Shown here piece after piece: positions 1-13,942 of a stretch of 35,794 nt of DNA. The stretch is from Reclinomonas americana ATCC 50394 (taxonomy: Eukaryota), in the NCBI GenBank assembly GCA_048213135.1, contig PS015097.1, positions 278,070-313,863 of the forward strand, in the 5' to 3' direction. The number at the start of each line of letters is the position of its first letter. Position 1 is the first letter of the stretch. The position numbers were made by a program, and so were the translations under genes. The notes beneath the pieces were generated by a model. It did not search any database. It was not told the DNA's origin and saw only the letters and a program-made list of their open reading frames with translations.

Positions 1-108
1 CTCCCTCCCCTTTACTCTCTCATCTTCTGTCCCTTTACTTCTCCTTCCTTTCTTCTATTTGTTCGCCGTACTTTCCTTCGTCTGTACCGTACACTCCGCC
101 GTTGGTCG

Positions 109-113
<5 letters not shown>

Positions 114-148
<35 letters not shown>
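114..148. repeat. (GA)n microsatellite
   Basis: Direct read of the sequence. Confidence 0.95.
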
Positions 149-151
<3 letters not shown>

Positions 152-195
152 TGTTTGTTTGTGTGTGTGTCTGACTCTCTCTTGTGTGTTTGCAG

Positions 196-2908
196 TTTGG
201 CGCAGAGTGTCGCTGGTGTGTCTGCCTTTGACGACACGTTTTTGTTGGGAGTCACTGCGGTGAGTGCGTCTGTCTTTCTCTGTGCACAGTGCGTGCATGA
301 GAGAGAGAGAGAGAGAGTGGTACATTGTGATTGCGTGTGAGTGAGATGGTCATGACGAGGCGAGGGCGAGAGATAGACATGAAGAGGGGTGAGAGATAGA
401 CAGATAGACAGACACACAGAGAGTGGAAGAGTGAGAGTTTATGCAGGCGGTGAAGATCAGCAGGAAACAAGTGAGGAGCAGAAGGAGTGGTGAAAGGACT
501 GTGTCGTCATTCGCTCTCTCTTCCTTCAGCTTGTTTTCCTGTTCTGCCCATGTGTTACTCTTTCCTCCTCTTCTTCTTGTCCCTTCCCTCTTCACCTTCG
601 CTCTCCTCCCGCTCATCGTTTTCCTCGTCCTTCTTCCCCGTTCCTGCTTCAGCTGTATTCTGCTCATGTTCTCATTCTTATCTTCTTCTTGTCCGTTCCG
701 TCTCCTCCTTCGCTCTCCTCCCGTTCATCGGTTGCCTTGTCCCCTGCCTTCTTCTCCTCGCCTCCCTCCCTTCCTTTCCCTCTCCCTCTTCCTCCTTCTC
801 CATTTCCTCTCCACTCCTCCTCTCCCCTGTCTTCCTTCACCTGCTCTCATCCTGTACCATCCTCCTCCTCCCTTTTTCTCTGCTCGATTTCCTCCTCCCC
901 GTTCTCTCTTCCTTCTTCTGTCCCCCCTTCCCTCTCACCCCCTTCTCCCATCACTTTCACAGCCTGCTGGGCAACTGTGCAAAATTGCCCGCGACGGTAT
1001 GCATGATTTGCGCGTCCCAACACATGCACCGTGCTCACACTTCTCCTTCCCCTCCCCTCCCACCAGGCTCCTCGGTGCAAGTTATCGCATCGGCGGTGAG
1101 CGATCTTCTTTTCCTTTCTTATTCATCGCGCCCTCACCCTCTCCCGTGCAGGGCTGGACGTTGGCACGACGCGCTGTTCTCCGCAACGTTGGCGGCAACA
1201 AGACCGTGGTAGTGGTAGAAACCGCCTGCCTGTGGTTGTACGACACTGTAACGAGTTTCGTGTGCAACTCTAATCGCGTCGCTTCCCCCCGGTTGACTGA
1301 CTTGCCTGTCTCGGCACGCAGACACGGCCACGGTAATCGCCGGCACGTGCTCGGCGCCTTCGTGAGTCCTTGCAGTCTTGTCTCTCCTTCGCGCTTCGTT
1401 CTCATTGTGCGGCGTGGGCTTGGCAGGTGCACCGTACCACCGGCGGATGGACTCGGCGCCGCGGCGTGTCTCTCGGTCGTGCGAGACGTAGCCGTCGACT
1501 CTGCGGGTGTAATTTACTTTGCAGATGCTGTTGCGTTTCTCTTCCCTCTCTGTCCCGCTCTCTCCTTCGCCCACATCCCATTTCTTGAATTTTTTCTTTT
1601 GCTCATCGTTTTCTGCCCCCTCCTTCTCTCCGTTTCTCTCCCTCCCTCCTCTGTCTCTCCTCTCTCTCTCTCTCCGCTCTATCGCGCTTTGTTTCTGTCC
1701 TCCCCCTTGTCTCGTCCTCCCCTCCCCCTTTATCTCTCATCTTCTGTCCCCTTTATCTCCTCCTTTTCTCTATTTGTCGCCGATTTTCCCTCCTTATTTC
1801 TTGTCTTCTCTCCCTTACTTTCTCCCCATTCCCTCTCCCCCTCACTTCCTCCCCATTCCTCCTCCTTCCTCCCCTCCTCCTCCTCCCTCCCCCCCCCCCC
1901 CCCCCTCCCTCCTCACTGCTTGCGCGCCTGCAGCAAGCGCACTCGATTCGCCAATGCGTGCTGCAAAACACGTCGCCGCCCGTTTGCTTGGTCTCGACAA
2001 TCGCTGGCGGCTCCGCCCCTGGCTTCCTCGACGGGGCAAGCAGCAATGCACGCTTTGCCCATCCGACCTCCATTGCGGTCAACGCGGCTGGCGACACCAT
2101 TTTTGTGGGCGATCTTGTTGCGTGCTGTATCGCGCACGACTGTGCTTTCACAAATGCTTACAAGTCGCTGCATTTCCTCGCTTGCGTGCACAGAATAATG
2201 CGGCGATCCGCAAGCTCACTCTATCCGGTGGTACGTGCCCGCTCCTGCTTTTCAATTGCGCTCGTCGCTCATTTTCCCCTGGTTGCAGGCAACTGGACTG
2301 TCAGCACGGTGGCTGGCAAGACTGGTGTTTCCGGTGTCGACGACGGAATTATGGGCGGTGGCCTGCTCGCATCTCCGCTGGCTCTGGCCATCGACCCTGC
2401 CACTAACGACTTGTATGTGGTCGACCAGGTGCGCCTTTTTTTGCAACAACTGCCATCTCTCGCTCCTTCCGTCTGATCGCCCTCTGGCCAGACAAACGGG
2501 TGCATTCGAGTGCTCACCGACGATGTGTTGTGGACACTGGCGGGCACATGCGGCGACACCGGAGCCACGGCCGATGGTTTCGGAAGCGCTGCGCTGTTCA
2601 ACATGCCCTACTTCAACTTGCTGCCTGGTCTGTACATCGATACGGCGGCCTCGCAGTTGCTCGTGTCGCAAGCGGTGAGTGTATGCGTGTCATGCGATGG
2701 GTGTGTGCCTGTGCAACTGAGTCTGTGCATGTGGCTTCTCTCCATTCCTCTCACTCTTCCTCTGCCCCCTCTCCTCCCCTCTCCTCCTATCCCTCGCCCT
2801 CTTCCTTCCCCCCTCCCCCCTCCCTCCCTCCTATCCCTCTTCCCCCTCCACTAACCCATCTCTCGCAACAGACCGTCGCCACGGCACCGATGCGCATTAT
2901 CAGCTTGA
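196..2908 (+). CDS. NHL-repeat beta-propeller region (N-terminal exons of the giant gene)
   Basis: Spliced translation gives typical NHL blades: [88 protein letters not shown]...[52 protein letters not shown]. Confidence 0.9.
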
Positions 2909-4193
2909 GTTGCGCGCACACCTCCACATCCTCACGTCATGCACTCACCTCTCACACGCCCCCTTTCTCCCTTCCCCTATCCCCCTTCCCCCTTATCCCC
3001 AGCCACCTTGTCGCCGTTGTCGGTGGACCGCACCCAGACATCCACAGTGACGGTGTCCTATGTCGACTGTCCCTCCGCTATGACAGCGTGGGCGCTGGCC
3101 ACCTCCAATTGTCAGGCCGACGTTTTTGTGCACGTACCGGCTGTTTTCGTGTCGGCTGGCGTGTTCACGGTCACCATCCCAGTCAACGCACTTGCGCAGG
3201 CCAGCGCGTACCGCATCTGTCATCCGGTCACCGCACCCACTGGTCCGGTGACCTCGGTACCCGGTCCCATTGTGCGCGCCATGTACCTGCGCCCGCTGGC
3301 GACACCGCAGACAGTGTTCACTGTGGCCGGCCAAATAATCTCCGTAGCCGGCAGCAACCTGGTGGATCTGGCGTCGACCGACAATGTGCCCTTGGTGGTG
3401 ATTCCAGACTGCAACACCGTGCCGGTCGCTCTGCCGCCAACATCGACCACTTGGGTGTCGTCCACCTCCTTGCGAGTGACGCTCGATGCGTCTTCGATGG
3501 CGGTCGGGTCGTACATGCTGTGTGCGCGCATGACATTGACTGCCGCGTACGTTCCTCTCGGAGTTATTAATGTTGGTGAGTCTCATACGTGGTACTCTTC
3601 TTGCGTGTTACCACCGTGTGCGTTGCATTTTCTCACTTTCTATTTTTGTGCGTCACAGCCGCACCGTACGTGAGCCCGGCTGCTGTCGCTGCGACTACGG
3701 CGCACATTACAGTGACCGTGGTCGGACCGAACTTGGATTCGATTCAGCAAGTGGTGCGATTGCGTCTCTTCCGTCGTCCTGTCCCTCCGCGCGTCTCATT
3801 CTTTTCCTTCTCCTTCTTTCTTGTTGCAGGGCCTTTCCACTGGGCGTTGCAATCTGCTGGACCCAGTCATATTCAACAGCCAGCTCGGCGACTGGGACTC
3901 GGTGCTGTTGCAGCGCGTGGTCACCTTTGATGGCGTGCTCTCGGCTGGCCTCTGGTACGTGTGTGGTCAGGACTCATCCACCGCTGTATGGAGTCCGCTC
4001 TTCACCGGTGGCCTTGGTCTTACCATCGATCCACCCGCCACTATTTCTGTCGGTACGTTGTCACTCACTCACTTGCACACACGCACATGCACGCACACAT
4101 GCACACACATACACACACACACACAAGAAAGAGAGACACTCACAGAGTCAGCCCGCACTCACTGTATCTGAGATCTCCATCTCTCTCTCTGCC

Positions 4194-4241
<48 letters not shown>

Positions 4242-5019
4242 NNNNNNNNNNNNNNNNNNNNNNNNNNNNNNNNNNNNNNNNNNNNNNNNNNNNNNNNNNN
4301 NNNNNNNNNNNNNNNNNNNNNNNNNNNNNNNNNNNNNNNNNNNNNNNNNNNNNNNNNNNNNNNNNNNNNNNNNNNNNNNNNNNNNNNNNNNNNNNNNNNN
4401 NNNNNNNNNNNNNNNNNNNNNNNNNNNNNNNNNNNNNNNNNNNNNNNNNNNNNNNNNNNNNNNNNNNNNNNNNNNNNNNNNNNNNNNNNNNNNNNNNNNN
4501 NNNNNNNNNNNNNNNNNNNNNNNNNNNNNNNNNNNNNNNNNNNNNNNNNNNNNNNNNNNNNNNNNNNNNNNNNNNNNNNNNNNNNNNNNNNNNNNNNNNN
4601 NNNNNNNNNNNNNNNNNNNNNNNNNNNNNNNNNNNNNNNNNNNNNNNNNNNNNNNNNNNNNNNNNNNNNNNNNNNNNNNNNNNNNNNNNNNNNNNNNNNN
4701 NNNNNNNNNNNNNNNNNNNNNNNNNNNNNNNNNNNNNNNNNNNNNNNNNNNNNNNNNNNNNNNNNNNNNNNNNNNNNNNNNNNNNNNNNNNNNNNNNNNN
4801 NNNNNNNNNNNNNNNNNNNNNNNNNNNNNNNNNNNNNNNNNNNNNNNNNNNNNNNNNNNNNNNNNNNNNNNNNNNNNNNNNNNNNNNNNNNNNNNNNNNN
4901 NNNNNNNNNNNNNNNNNNNNNNNNNNNNNNNNNNNNNNNNNNCGAACGACGACTACACGTACGACGTACGTACGTACCGTACCCGTACCTACCGTACCGT
5001 ACGTTACGTACGTACGTAC

Positions 5020-5105
<86 letters not shown>

Positions 5106-8100
5106 CCGTTGCCTTGACTTGGTGTCAAGTGAACTGATATCTCCTCTTCGTTCCGTCAGGGGGCCTATCGAGCTTCTGGCCCGTTACCGCCACCGCGGGC
5201 ACATCAACCACGGTGGTAATCACTGGCGTCGGATTTACGAGCGCCACAGTCACGGCGGTTGCTCTCGACGTGAGCGGCACGTGCACAGCGGCGGCCATCC
5301 CTGCCACATTCACGGTCACGACGGACACATCGCTGTTCTTCACCGTACCGGATGCCGTCCAGTCACCCTGTGCCGTGTGTGTCACACTCAGTCCGTCGAC
5401 CACGGCCAGTGCAGTGCCTGGTGGCCTGCTGATGATTGGTGTGTGTCGGCGTTATTGTGTGGTCGACTTTGTGAGTTGCACTCACCTCTTGCGTGCAGCA
5501 TCGGCGGCGGCCACGGCCACCTCATTTACGCCGCTTGCGTTGAGGCCAGCGGTGGCTGGCACACTGACAGTCCTGGGAACCAACTTGATTCCGTCCGCCA
5601 GTGTATCGGCTATTCGCCTGGAGTGGATGGGCGCAAGTGGGGCGCTGACGTGCACCGCCGACCCTGCCACCAGTCCACCAAAGTCGGTTGCCGTACTCGC
5701 CACCTCCATGGTGGCGTCAGCAAACAAGCTGAGCGTGCGCGTGAACATTGCTGCCGGGACGCTGCTCACGCCGGGCGCCTATTCTGTGTGCAGTTGAGTA
5801 TGGGTGCATGCGTCTTCCCCCTTCTTTACGCGTTAAAATTGACCTTCCTGCCATGCACACAGTTCTCTTTGCGTCGAGTTCGACGTACACGGTCGTATCG
5901 AACACCGTGCCACTGCTCGTTGGTGCGTCTCCGAGTTGCACGTGATTGTGCACGCCACGCCCCTCGTGTACTCACACACTGATCGACAGCTGGCTTTACG
6001 GACGCTCCGCTGCCATCGATCTTTGGTACTACTACACCGCCGACTCTCTCTCTCGGTGGTGTCGGCCTGGGTCTGGCGAGTGTCGCCTCGGTCACCTTCA
6101 CAACGTCGACCGACTGGTGCGTGCACCCGAATAATGCATGGTTTCACTGCAATATTGTCTGACGATGATATGGCTACAGTGTGGGCACACTACAAGCGGC
6201 GGCAGCTGCAATGTGTGTACGATGGCGTGCTTTATACGTGGCCTTCTTCACAGCGAGCTCACTTTGTGTTTCCCTCGTGCGTAGTATTCCTGTGCCAATC
6301 ATGAGCATGTTGCCGATTCTGCCGCTGGGCAGGTGCGTCCCACTCGTTTTCTTTCCCTGCCTTTGGTGCTGTTCTTATTGATGTCACCTGCTGCAGCCTG
6401 TCAACTAGGTGCGCCAGTGTTATCGCTGTTGCTCTCCACTCACTCGTTTTCCATTCATGTTTTCAATCTCCACAGCTTCGCTATTACATCGGCGACCGTG
6501 ACGACCACGCTGGCGACTGGGCTCACCGAAAGCGCACCTCAATACGCCTCCCTGTCGTTCCCCACCCCCGCACTCGCAGGTGGTGTCTACACTGTGTGTG
6601 CTTCAGTGTACGATGGTACGACTTCAGGCAACACGGTGGCCGTGCCTGTCACCATGGCCACCATCAACGTTGGTACGCACCTGCGCATCCTTGCTTCCTC
6701 CGCTTGTGTATGTGCGTGTGTGTGTCTCATGAGAAGTTCCAGGCACGGGCACGGGCGTGTCACCGACAAGCGTGCTTCTCGGATCATCAACCACCATCAC
6801 CGTACAAGGTAGCGGTCTGTCACCCGGTGTGGACATTTCGAGCCTGCGGCTGGTGCCGGGAACCACTTGCCCAGCTTCGACAACGGCGAGCATGCCGGCT
6901 GGCACATTTTCCGTCCCCGCCGCCAATCTCAGCTACAGTGCACTCGGCGGTCTCACGGTGACATTGCCGCCAGCCACAACATTTTCTGTGGCAGGTGCGC
7001 CAGTCAATCAATTGTGACGTGTATGTCATGTGATCGCTGCTCATGTATCTTTCTTTCTATTTCACTTCCCCACACAGGCGCGTACTCGGTGTGCGTCGAA
7101 TATGTCGCCTCACCTGGATTGCTCGTGCAAGCGTCACCCACTCCACTTCTCGTTGGTGAGTGCGCGATTGATTTGTGTCTCACTGAGCAGTGAGCTCACC
7201 ATCGAGTTACCACCATGACAGCATCCGTGACGTCGGTGACGGCGAATACCCTCTCGTCCACCTCTGGCGGCGTCCTCACGCTCACTGGTGCGGGCTTGTC
7301 GCCGTCGAGTGTGCGTTCCGTGTTGCTTCAATCGGGCTCCTCGTGCACCGGAGTCGCCATGTCGCCATCGGTCACCGTCGCCAGCGCACAATTGATTCCT
7401 CTGGCGCCAACGTCGTACACCACCGTTGGTGTGCCGCTCACTACGCTGCCCACAGCACCGTACACCGTGTGCGTCGATTACACGGCCAATACTGTGATCG
7501 GCACATTCCAGTCAGTTGGCACCGCAAGCGCTTGTGCGTTGTTGACATCCTTCTTTTGCTCTTTCGTCTCTCCCCTCTCACGAACTCCCACTGCAGCCTC
7601 GGCCATTTCTTTCTCGCCCTCGGTAATGACCGTCGGCACTCAGACGGATTTGACAATCACTGGGACGTCGCTGGCGCCCACCACCAATGTGGTGGCTGTC
7701 CGTCTTGAACGCGGCACCACGTGCACTGCCGACCCCACGGCTTCTCCTGCTTCCGGTTCCGTTTCCACCACCAATCTGGTGGGCAACGGAACCGGCCAGC
7801 TGCTCACCGTCACCATGTCGTCGCGCGTGAGTGCGGCTGGCCCGTACGCCGTGTGCGTGGAGTTTGTCCTCAGCGGAGGCGGCCTCTCCAACACGTATCT
7901 CGCAACGCAACAGGCACCGCTTCTCGTTGGTGGGGAGTTTTTGTTGTTGCACCTACTCTTGTTTTCCCCGCCTCCTCCTGCTGACACGCATTATTCTCCC
8001 ACTGTCGTGGGTGCAGGTGCCTCCATCACTTCCATTACACCGTTGGCGCTGATTCCGGACAGCGCGCAGCAATTGACTCTTGTGGGCTCTGCACTCGGCA

Positions 8101-11100
8101 TCAACTCGCTGTTTTCACTGCGCCTGCAGTCCGGCACCAGCTGCAGCTCCTCTTGTGCGCCGTTTGTGGACGTACCTGCCGCACAGTGGGCCGCCGTCGG
8201 CTCCAATTATACCAAGCTTGCGGCAACGCTCGACACGCGCAACATGGTCGGTGGCGCGTGGTCGGTGTGCGTTCGCTACCAGCCGCAGACGGCAGCCAAT
8301 CCGCTCACCAAAGTCGGTGAAATTGTCCTCGGTTGGTGCCACTCTTTCTCCCTCCTCCGACTGTGTGCGAGCTGCTAACATGGCGTCTTCCTCCCACTGG
8401 CACAGCTAAAATAACGGACTTGTCGTCGGTGGCACTGATGAGTGGATCGGCTGGGTCGGTGACGATGAGTGCCGCATCGCTGAAACCAGCACAGAACATT
8501 ACGTCTGTCACCATTCGACCTGGCGCCACGTGCAGCGGGCCTGTTGCTGCCACGCTCTCCCTGGCGGCCTCGCCACCGTCCACCTGTGTGTCGACCATCT
8601 CTGGCTCTTTGTCGAGCGCTCTGTCCCCCGGCGTGTACACGGTGTGCGTCGCATATACGGGTGGCACCGCTGGCGCGCTCCAACCGCTGCCGTCTCCCCT
8701 CTACATTGGTACGTGTTGTCTCTCCACTCTCTGCGAGTCTGGACAAACCAAACTGAACACTCTGCGCAGTCAACGTGGACTCGGTGTCGCCGTCACCCGT
8801 CGGTGTGCTCTCGACAACAACACCCACTTCCATTCGCCTCAGCGGACAAGGCTTGAATGTGGCCTCGATCCGTGCGGTGCGTATCGCCACCGATGACAAT
8901 TGCGGTGACGGTACCGACATCACGAGCGGCTTCTCCTTTTCTGCGGACAACACACTTCTCGTGGTGCCGCTGACTCCCGGCGATGTGCCGAGCGGTGGCC
9001 TCCTCGCAGTGTGCCTGGATGTCAGTAGCTCTGATCCGGCAGGCACGTGGAGCAAGGCCGGCACAGCTGTTCTCCGTTGCGTCCTTGCTGCTGTTCGCGT
9101 TTCTTGTGATTGCCGCTAACAAGCCCACTGCCCTTTGTCGTCAATCAGTCACCAGCAATCGCCGATATCAGTCCTTCAACCCGGTGACTGCCGACTCCAC
9201 CGGTGCGCTGACTCTGACTTTGTCGGGTGGCGAAGCGTATTCTGCCGCCGCCGTGCGCCTGGCCTTGGTCGGCACGAATTGTTCGCAGACACTGTCAACG
9301 ACTGTCAGTGCCGGATCGTTGCAGCCGACCGTGGTTATTGCGTCGGATTCTGTTGTCGACGGTGGCGCTGCGAACCACAAGTTTGCCGTTCTCGGTCTGC
9401 TCACATCGACGACAACGCTGGTGGTGGCTACCACGGCCACCACTCCAGTCCTGATCACGTCAGACATGGAGGTCTCCATGTTTGGTTCCACCATCTTGCC
9501 GGGCTACTATCAGGTGTGCGTCACGGACGCTGCCACGGGAGACACATACATCGCGTCCCCCGAGCTGCTGGCCTACGGTGAGTGTGTGATTATTTATCAA
9601 AGGCCTTCTTTGGGGCAAACCCCTCACCCACCACTTGCAGATGTTGTGGCGCCTGCTGATCTTGCCTATGGACCAAACACGTACACCTATCCGGCGCCGT
9701 CTAGTGGTGTCGTGGCCGTGGGTGCAGTGGGCACGACGAACACGGCAACAATCACCGTGGTCAACTCCTCCATGTTCTCCGTGTCCGGTGGTCAGCTGTT
9801 TCTGCAGGCCTCGGAACAATCAGATCCGACTCTGTCGGTGACTCTGCAAGTCGCCGACTTGTACGGCAACTCGGTTCAGCGCACCGTTTCACTCCAACGC
9901 GGTTTGTGCAATACGTGGCGGGGTGGTGCCTTTTTGTCGTTTGTATCTATGTTCTCATCGTGATGTTGGGCTTGCAGTGTGCGACGCCGCTGTTACATGG
10001 TTTGTCTGTGTGTCGTCGCTGCCTGCTGTGGCCATCCGCGAATCTCATCCTTGTCTCACTGCAGCAACGGCAACGGCACGTGTGACGCGAGTGAATCGTG
10101 TACGTGCATCCATAATTTCCGACCACCGTACTGTCGCACACAGTTGCGTACGCGTGTGTATTTGTGTGCAACATGCCAATATTATTTTATTCCCTCATCC
10201 GTGTGTGTTGTTGTACCTGTAGGTGTGTCGCTTCCAGCGACTGCAACGACAATGGCACCTGCAACGCCTCGGGAGTGTGCGTGTGCAACGCCAATTTCGG
10301 CGGTCCTTTCTGCTCGTACTCGTTGCGTGGCAACTTTTGGTGTCACATCTACAGCACAGCGCACACAAACCACTCACCCTTTTATCTCCGCTGCAGCTGT
10401 GGATCTGGCTCGGCGCCGACTACCGCGTCGTTTGCACCACCGACTGTGTCACCAACACGAACGTTGCCGTTCAATCTGAGGATCTACGGTGCAAACCTCG
10501 ATCCGGAAAACGTCGTCCGTGCCGTTCGCCTACAACGCGGACAGGTGTGCACTGATGTTGCGGCGACGGCGGACCTGCTGCCAGCGGCCTTTGACGCCTT
10601 CTCGAACGATGGCGAAACTTCGTCGTGGGTAGAAGTCCGTTTCGACAAATTGCCGACTCCAGACGTGTACTCTATGTGCGCGCAGCTGGCGTGCGCCGAC
10701 ACACACTTTGTGGCGGTTGGCGGCACGCAGTTGCTCTTTGTCCGTGAGTCACTATCTCCCTGTTGCCGCACACTGTTTTTTGTGTGCGTATGCTGCTTGG
10801 ACTCACTCCGCTGAGCAGCATCGGTGGCAACCTTCACGCCAACGACCGTGGTGGCTGGCACACCGGTCAGGCTCACTGTGCAGGGTGTTGGGCTGTCGGC
10901 CAGCAGTGTGCGCACAGTGCGCTTTGAGCTGTCACCTGTGTGCACCTCCGGGTCGCTGCCGCGGCAACCGTTTGTCGAGTTCTCGGTGGCCACTGGCGCC
11001 GTCGCATTTGCGGGTGGCACATTCACGGAGCTCAGCGTTCAACTCGGAGCAGCAACCTTGTCCGTCGGACTGTGGAGCGTGTGTGTGGAGTACGAAGGCG

Positions 11101-12849
11101 ATGATGTTCTGGCTTCCGTCTTCAACCAGGCTGATTCCATCCAACTCACCGTCGGTAACGTCACGCTGGTTTCCTCCTCACTGTTCTTTACAGCTTGCAG
11201 TCGCTCATTCTCTCTTATGTCCGCGACAGCTGCTTTGTTGTCATCGGCAGCAGCATTCCAGCCAATATGGACGCTTTCCTCGGCTCCCATTACGCAGCTG
11301 ACACTGCTCGGTGTGGCACTGCAGCCGGACACGGGTGTGGTGCGCGTGCAACCGCAGCTCGGATTTGCGTGCGGAATTGCGCCCAACGAAGGCGACGAAT
11401 ACGTTAGTGTCACCGGTTCCGGCCTGTCGGCGAGTTTCGATGGGCAGACGTTGGTGGCGGTGCTGCCGCCGTGGTCGTTGTCGACTCCTGGGCTGTGGAA
11501 GTGAGTTGATCGTGATATTATGTCTCTTTCTGTTGACTTTGGAAGACTTACGAAACTTGTGTTTGCATGCAGTGTGTGCATTGAGTATGCGCGACAGCCG
11601 GGTGTGCTCTCGCAAGGCGCACTTTTGCCTCTGTACAGCAGTTTCGTGGCCGTGTGTTTATGTGTTCGTGTGCGTGCGAAGGCTTCTCGAGAACGACCTC
11701 TGACTGTGTGCATCACAGTGAGTTTGGACAGCTTCATGCCGTCGGCAGTATTCGCCTCGCCGCAGCCGGCACTTGTAACGCTTACTGGGCACGGGCTCAC
11801 GCTGGCTGCATTGTCGGCCGTGCGCTTCGAGTTGGGTCCTCTCTGTACCGCCTCCGCCTCCAGCACTCCCGCACATGCGTTTGTGGATGTTCCGCTGGCC
11901 GACGTCACGATTGTGGACCAATCGTCGGGATCGATTACGATTCCTGGCGGCTTCTCGTGCCCCGATCCGACGAACAAGTGGTCGCTGTGTGTGCTCCTCA
12001 ATCAGCAGGTGGATCGACCGTATGTCAATGTGGTGCCGGGAACGCAACTGAGTGTTGGTGAGGGCGCGCAAAGCAGGCAAAATAGTCCGTGTGCTGGTTG
12101 CTGAGTATTGTTGGCATTTTGTGTGTACACAGTGTCTCCGCAAGCCGTGACTACTGCGCTGCTGCCTGTGCCCTTTGGAGTGTCGATACCGTCAATGACG
12201 CTGACCGGAATCAACGTCGGCAGCGTAATCAGCGTGGTGCTTCAGAGTGGTCTCTCGTGTTCGACGGGTGCGGGTACAGTTAGTACTGCGGCGACGCTTT
12301 CCCCGCAAGTCGGGGCCTGTGCGTCGACTACAGTCGCCAGCTTCTTCAGCCCGAACACGGTTCCTGCTGGCGTGTACTCGGCCTGCGCAGCACTGACGGA
12401 CCCGCCCTCGAGTTTAGCGCAAGTGGACACTGTCACTGGCGAGCCGCTGCTTGTCGGTTCGTGTTGTCCTTCTGTTTCTCTTTTGCAGCTCAATCTCTCT
12501 GTCTCACTTTTCCTGTCAACCAGCTTCGGCCACGTCATTTTCGCCGCTCGGTGTGTCATCGACGGCCGTCACCACCACTCTGTTGCACATTTCTGGTGTC
12601 GGCCTCGGCGTGACCTCGGTGCGTACCATTCGCCTGGAGGCTGCGTCGACGTGCACAGCACTGGGGACACCGAGTTCTGGCATTCAATACTACGACATCA
12701 CCGCTGGCTTCATCCCCAACGCCACGTTTACCGATTTGGCCGTGCCGCTGCCACCATCGCTGACCGTCGGATACTACAGCGTCTGCATTTCGTATCCAAC
12801 CACTGGAACACCCGCCTTTGTGGCAGTCAACTCGCAGCGCCTCATCGTC

Positions 12850-12948
<99 letters not shown>

Positions 12949-13905
12949 GTTGTTGNNNNNNNNNNNNNNNNNNNNNNNNNNNNNNNNNNNNNNNNNNNNN
13001 NNNNNNNNNNNNNNNNNNNNNNNNNNNNNNNNNNNNNNNNNNNNNNNNNNNNNNNNNNNNNNNNNNNNNNNNNNNNNNNNNNNNNNNNNNNNNNNNNNNN
13101 NNNNNNNNNNNNNNNNNNNNNNNNNNNNNNNNNNNNNNNNNNNNNNNNNNNNNNNNNNNNNNNNNNNNNNNNNNNNNNNNNNNNNNNNNNNNNNNNNNNN
13201 NNNNNNNNNNNNNNNNNNNNNNNNNNNNNNNNNNNNNNNNNNNNNNNNNNNNNNNNNNNNNNNNNNNNNNNNNNNNNNNNNNNNNNNNNNNNNNNNNNNN
13301 NNNNNNNNNNNNNNNNNNNNNNNNNNNNNNNNNNNNNNNNNNNNNNNNNNNNNNNNNNNNNNNNNNNNNNNNNNNNNNNNNNNNNNNNNNNNNNNNNNNN
13401 NNNNNNNNNNNNNNNNNNNNNNNNNNNNNNNNNNNNNNNNNNNNNNNNNNNNNNNNNNNNNNNNNNNNNNNNNNNNNNNNNNNNNNNNNNNNNNNNNNNN
13501 NNNNNNNNNNNNNNNNNNNNNNNNNNNNNNNNNNNNNNNNNNNNNNNNNNNNNNNNNNNNNNNNNNNNNNNNNNNNNNNNNNNNNNNNNNNNNNNNNNNN
13601 NNNNNNNNNNNNNNNNNNNNNNNNNNNNNNNNNNNNNNNNNNNNNNNNNNNNNNNNNNNNNNNNNNNNNNNNNNNNNNNNNNNNNNNNNNNNNNNNNNNN
13701 NNNNNNNNNNNNNNNNNNNNNNNNNNNNNNNNNNNNNNNNNNNNNNNNNNNNNNNNNNNNNNNNNNNNNNNNNNNNNNNNNNNNNNNNNNNNNNNNNNNN
13801 NNNNNNNNNNNNNNNNNNNNNNNNNNNNNNNNNNNNNNNNNNNNNNNNNNNNNNNNNNNNNNNNNNNNNNNNNNNNNNNNNNNNNNNNNNNNNNNNNNNN
13901 NNNNC

Positions 13906-13942
<37 letters not shown>

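Noticed and set aside
59-110. Possible signal-peptide exon ([16 protein letters not shown])
   Set aside because: No ATG or phase-compatible donor found, and the segment contains CGTAC-type artefact-like sequence. The true start is probably upstream of the window.
1530-1944. Non-canonical TT-AG introns as an alternative reading of the G|TTGCGT donors
   Set aside because: Cutting after the G breaks the frame or the NHL/EGF motif spacing at the available acceptors. Cutting before GT preserves both.
441-2198. 585-aa ORF, and the long X-containing ORFs (3570, 3961, 12108, 12451, 12818)
   Set aside because: These read through stop-poor CT-rich introns or N gaps. Only short segments are true exons.
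4943-5022. TACG/CGTAC-rich repeat-like sequence beside gaps (also ~15285-15376, 22619-22740, 32362-32480, 33285-33397)
   Set aside because: Found only at contig ends next to N-runs and matching the TACG flow order of 454 pyrosequencing. Most likely low-quality read-end artefact rather than a biological repeat or CRISPR.
963-10321. Teneurin identity (NHL + EGF)
   Set aside because: Teneurins are type-II proteins with an N-terminal TM, 8 EGF and a YD shell. Here the TM is C-terminal, there are 2 EGF, and no YD repeats.
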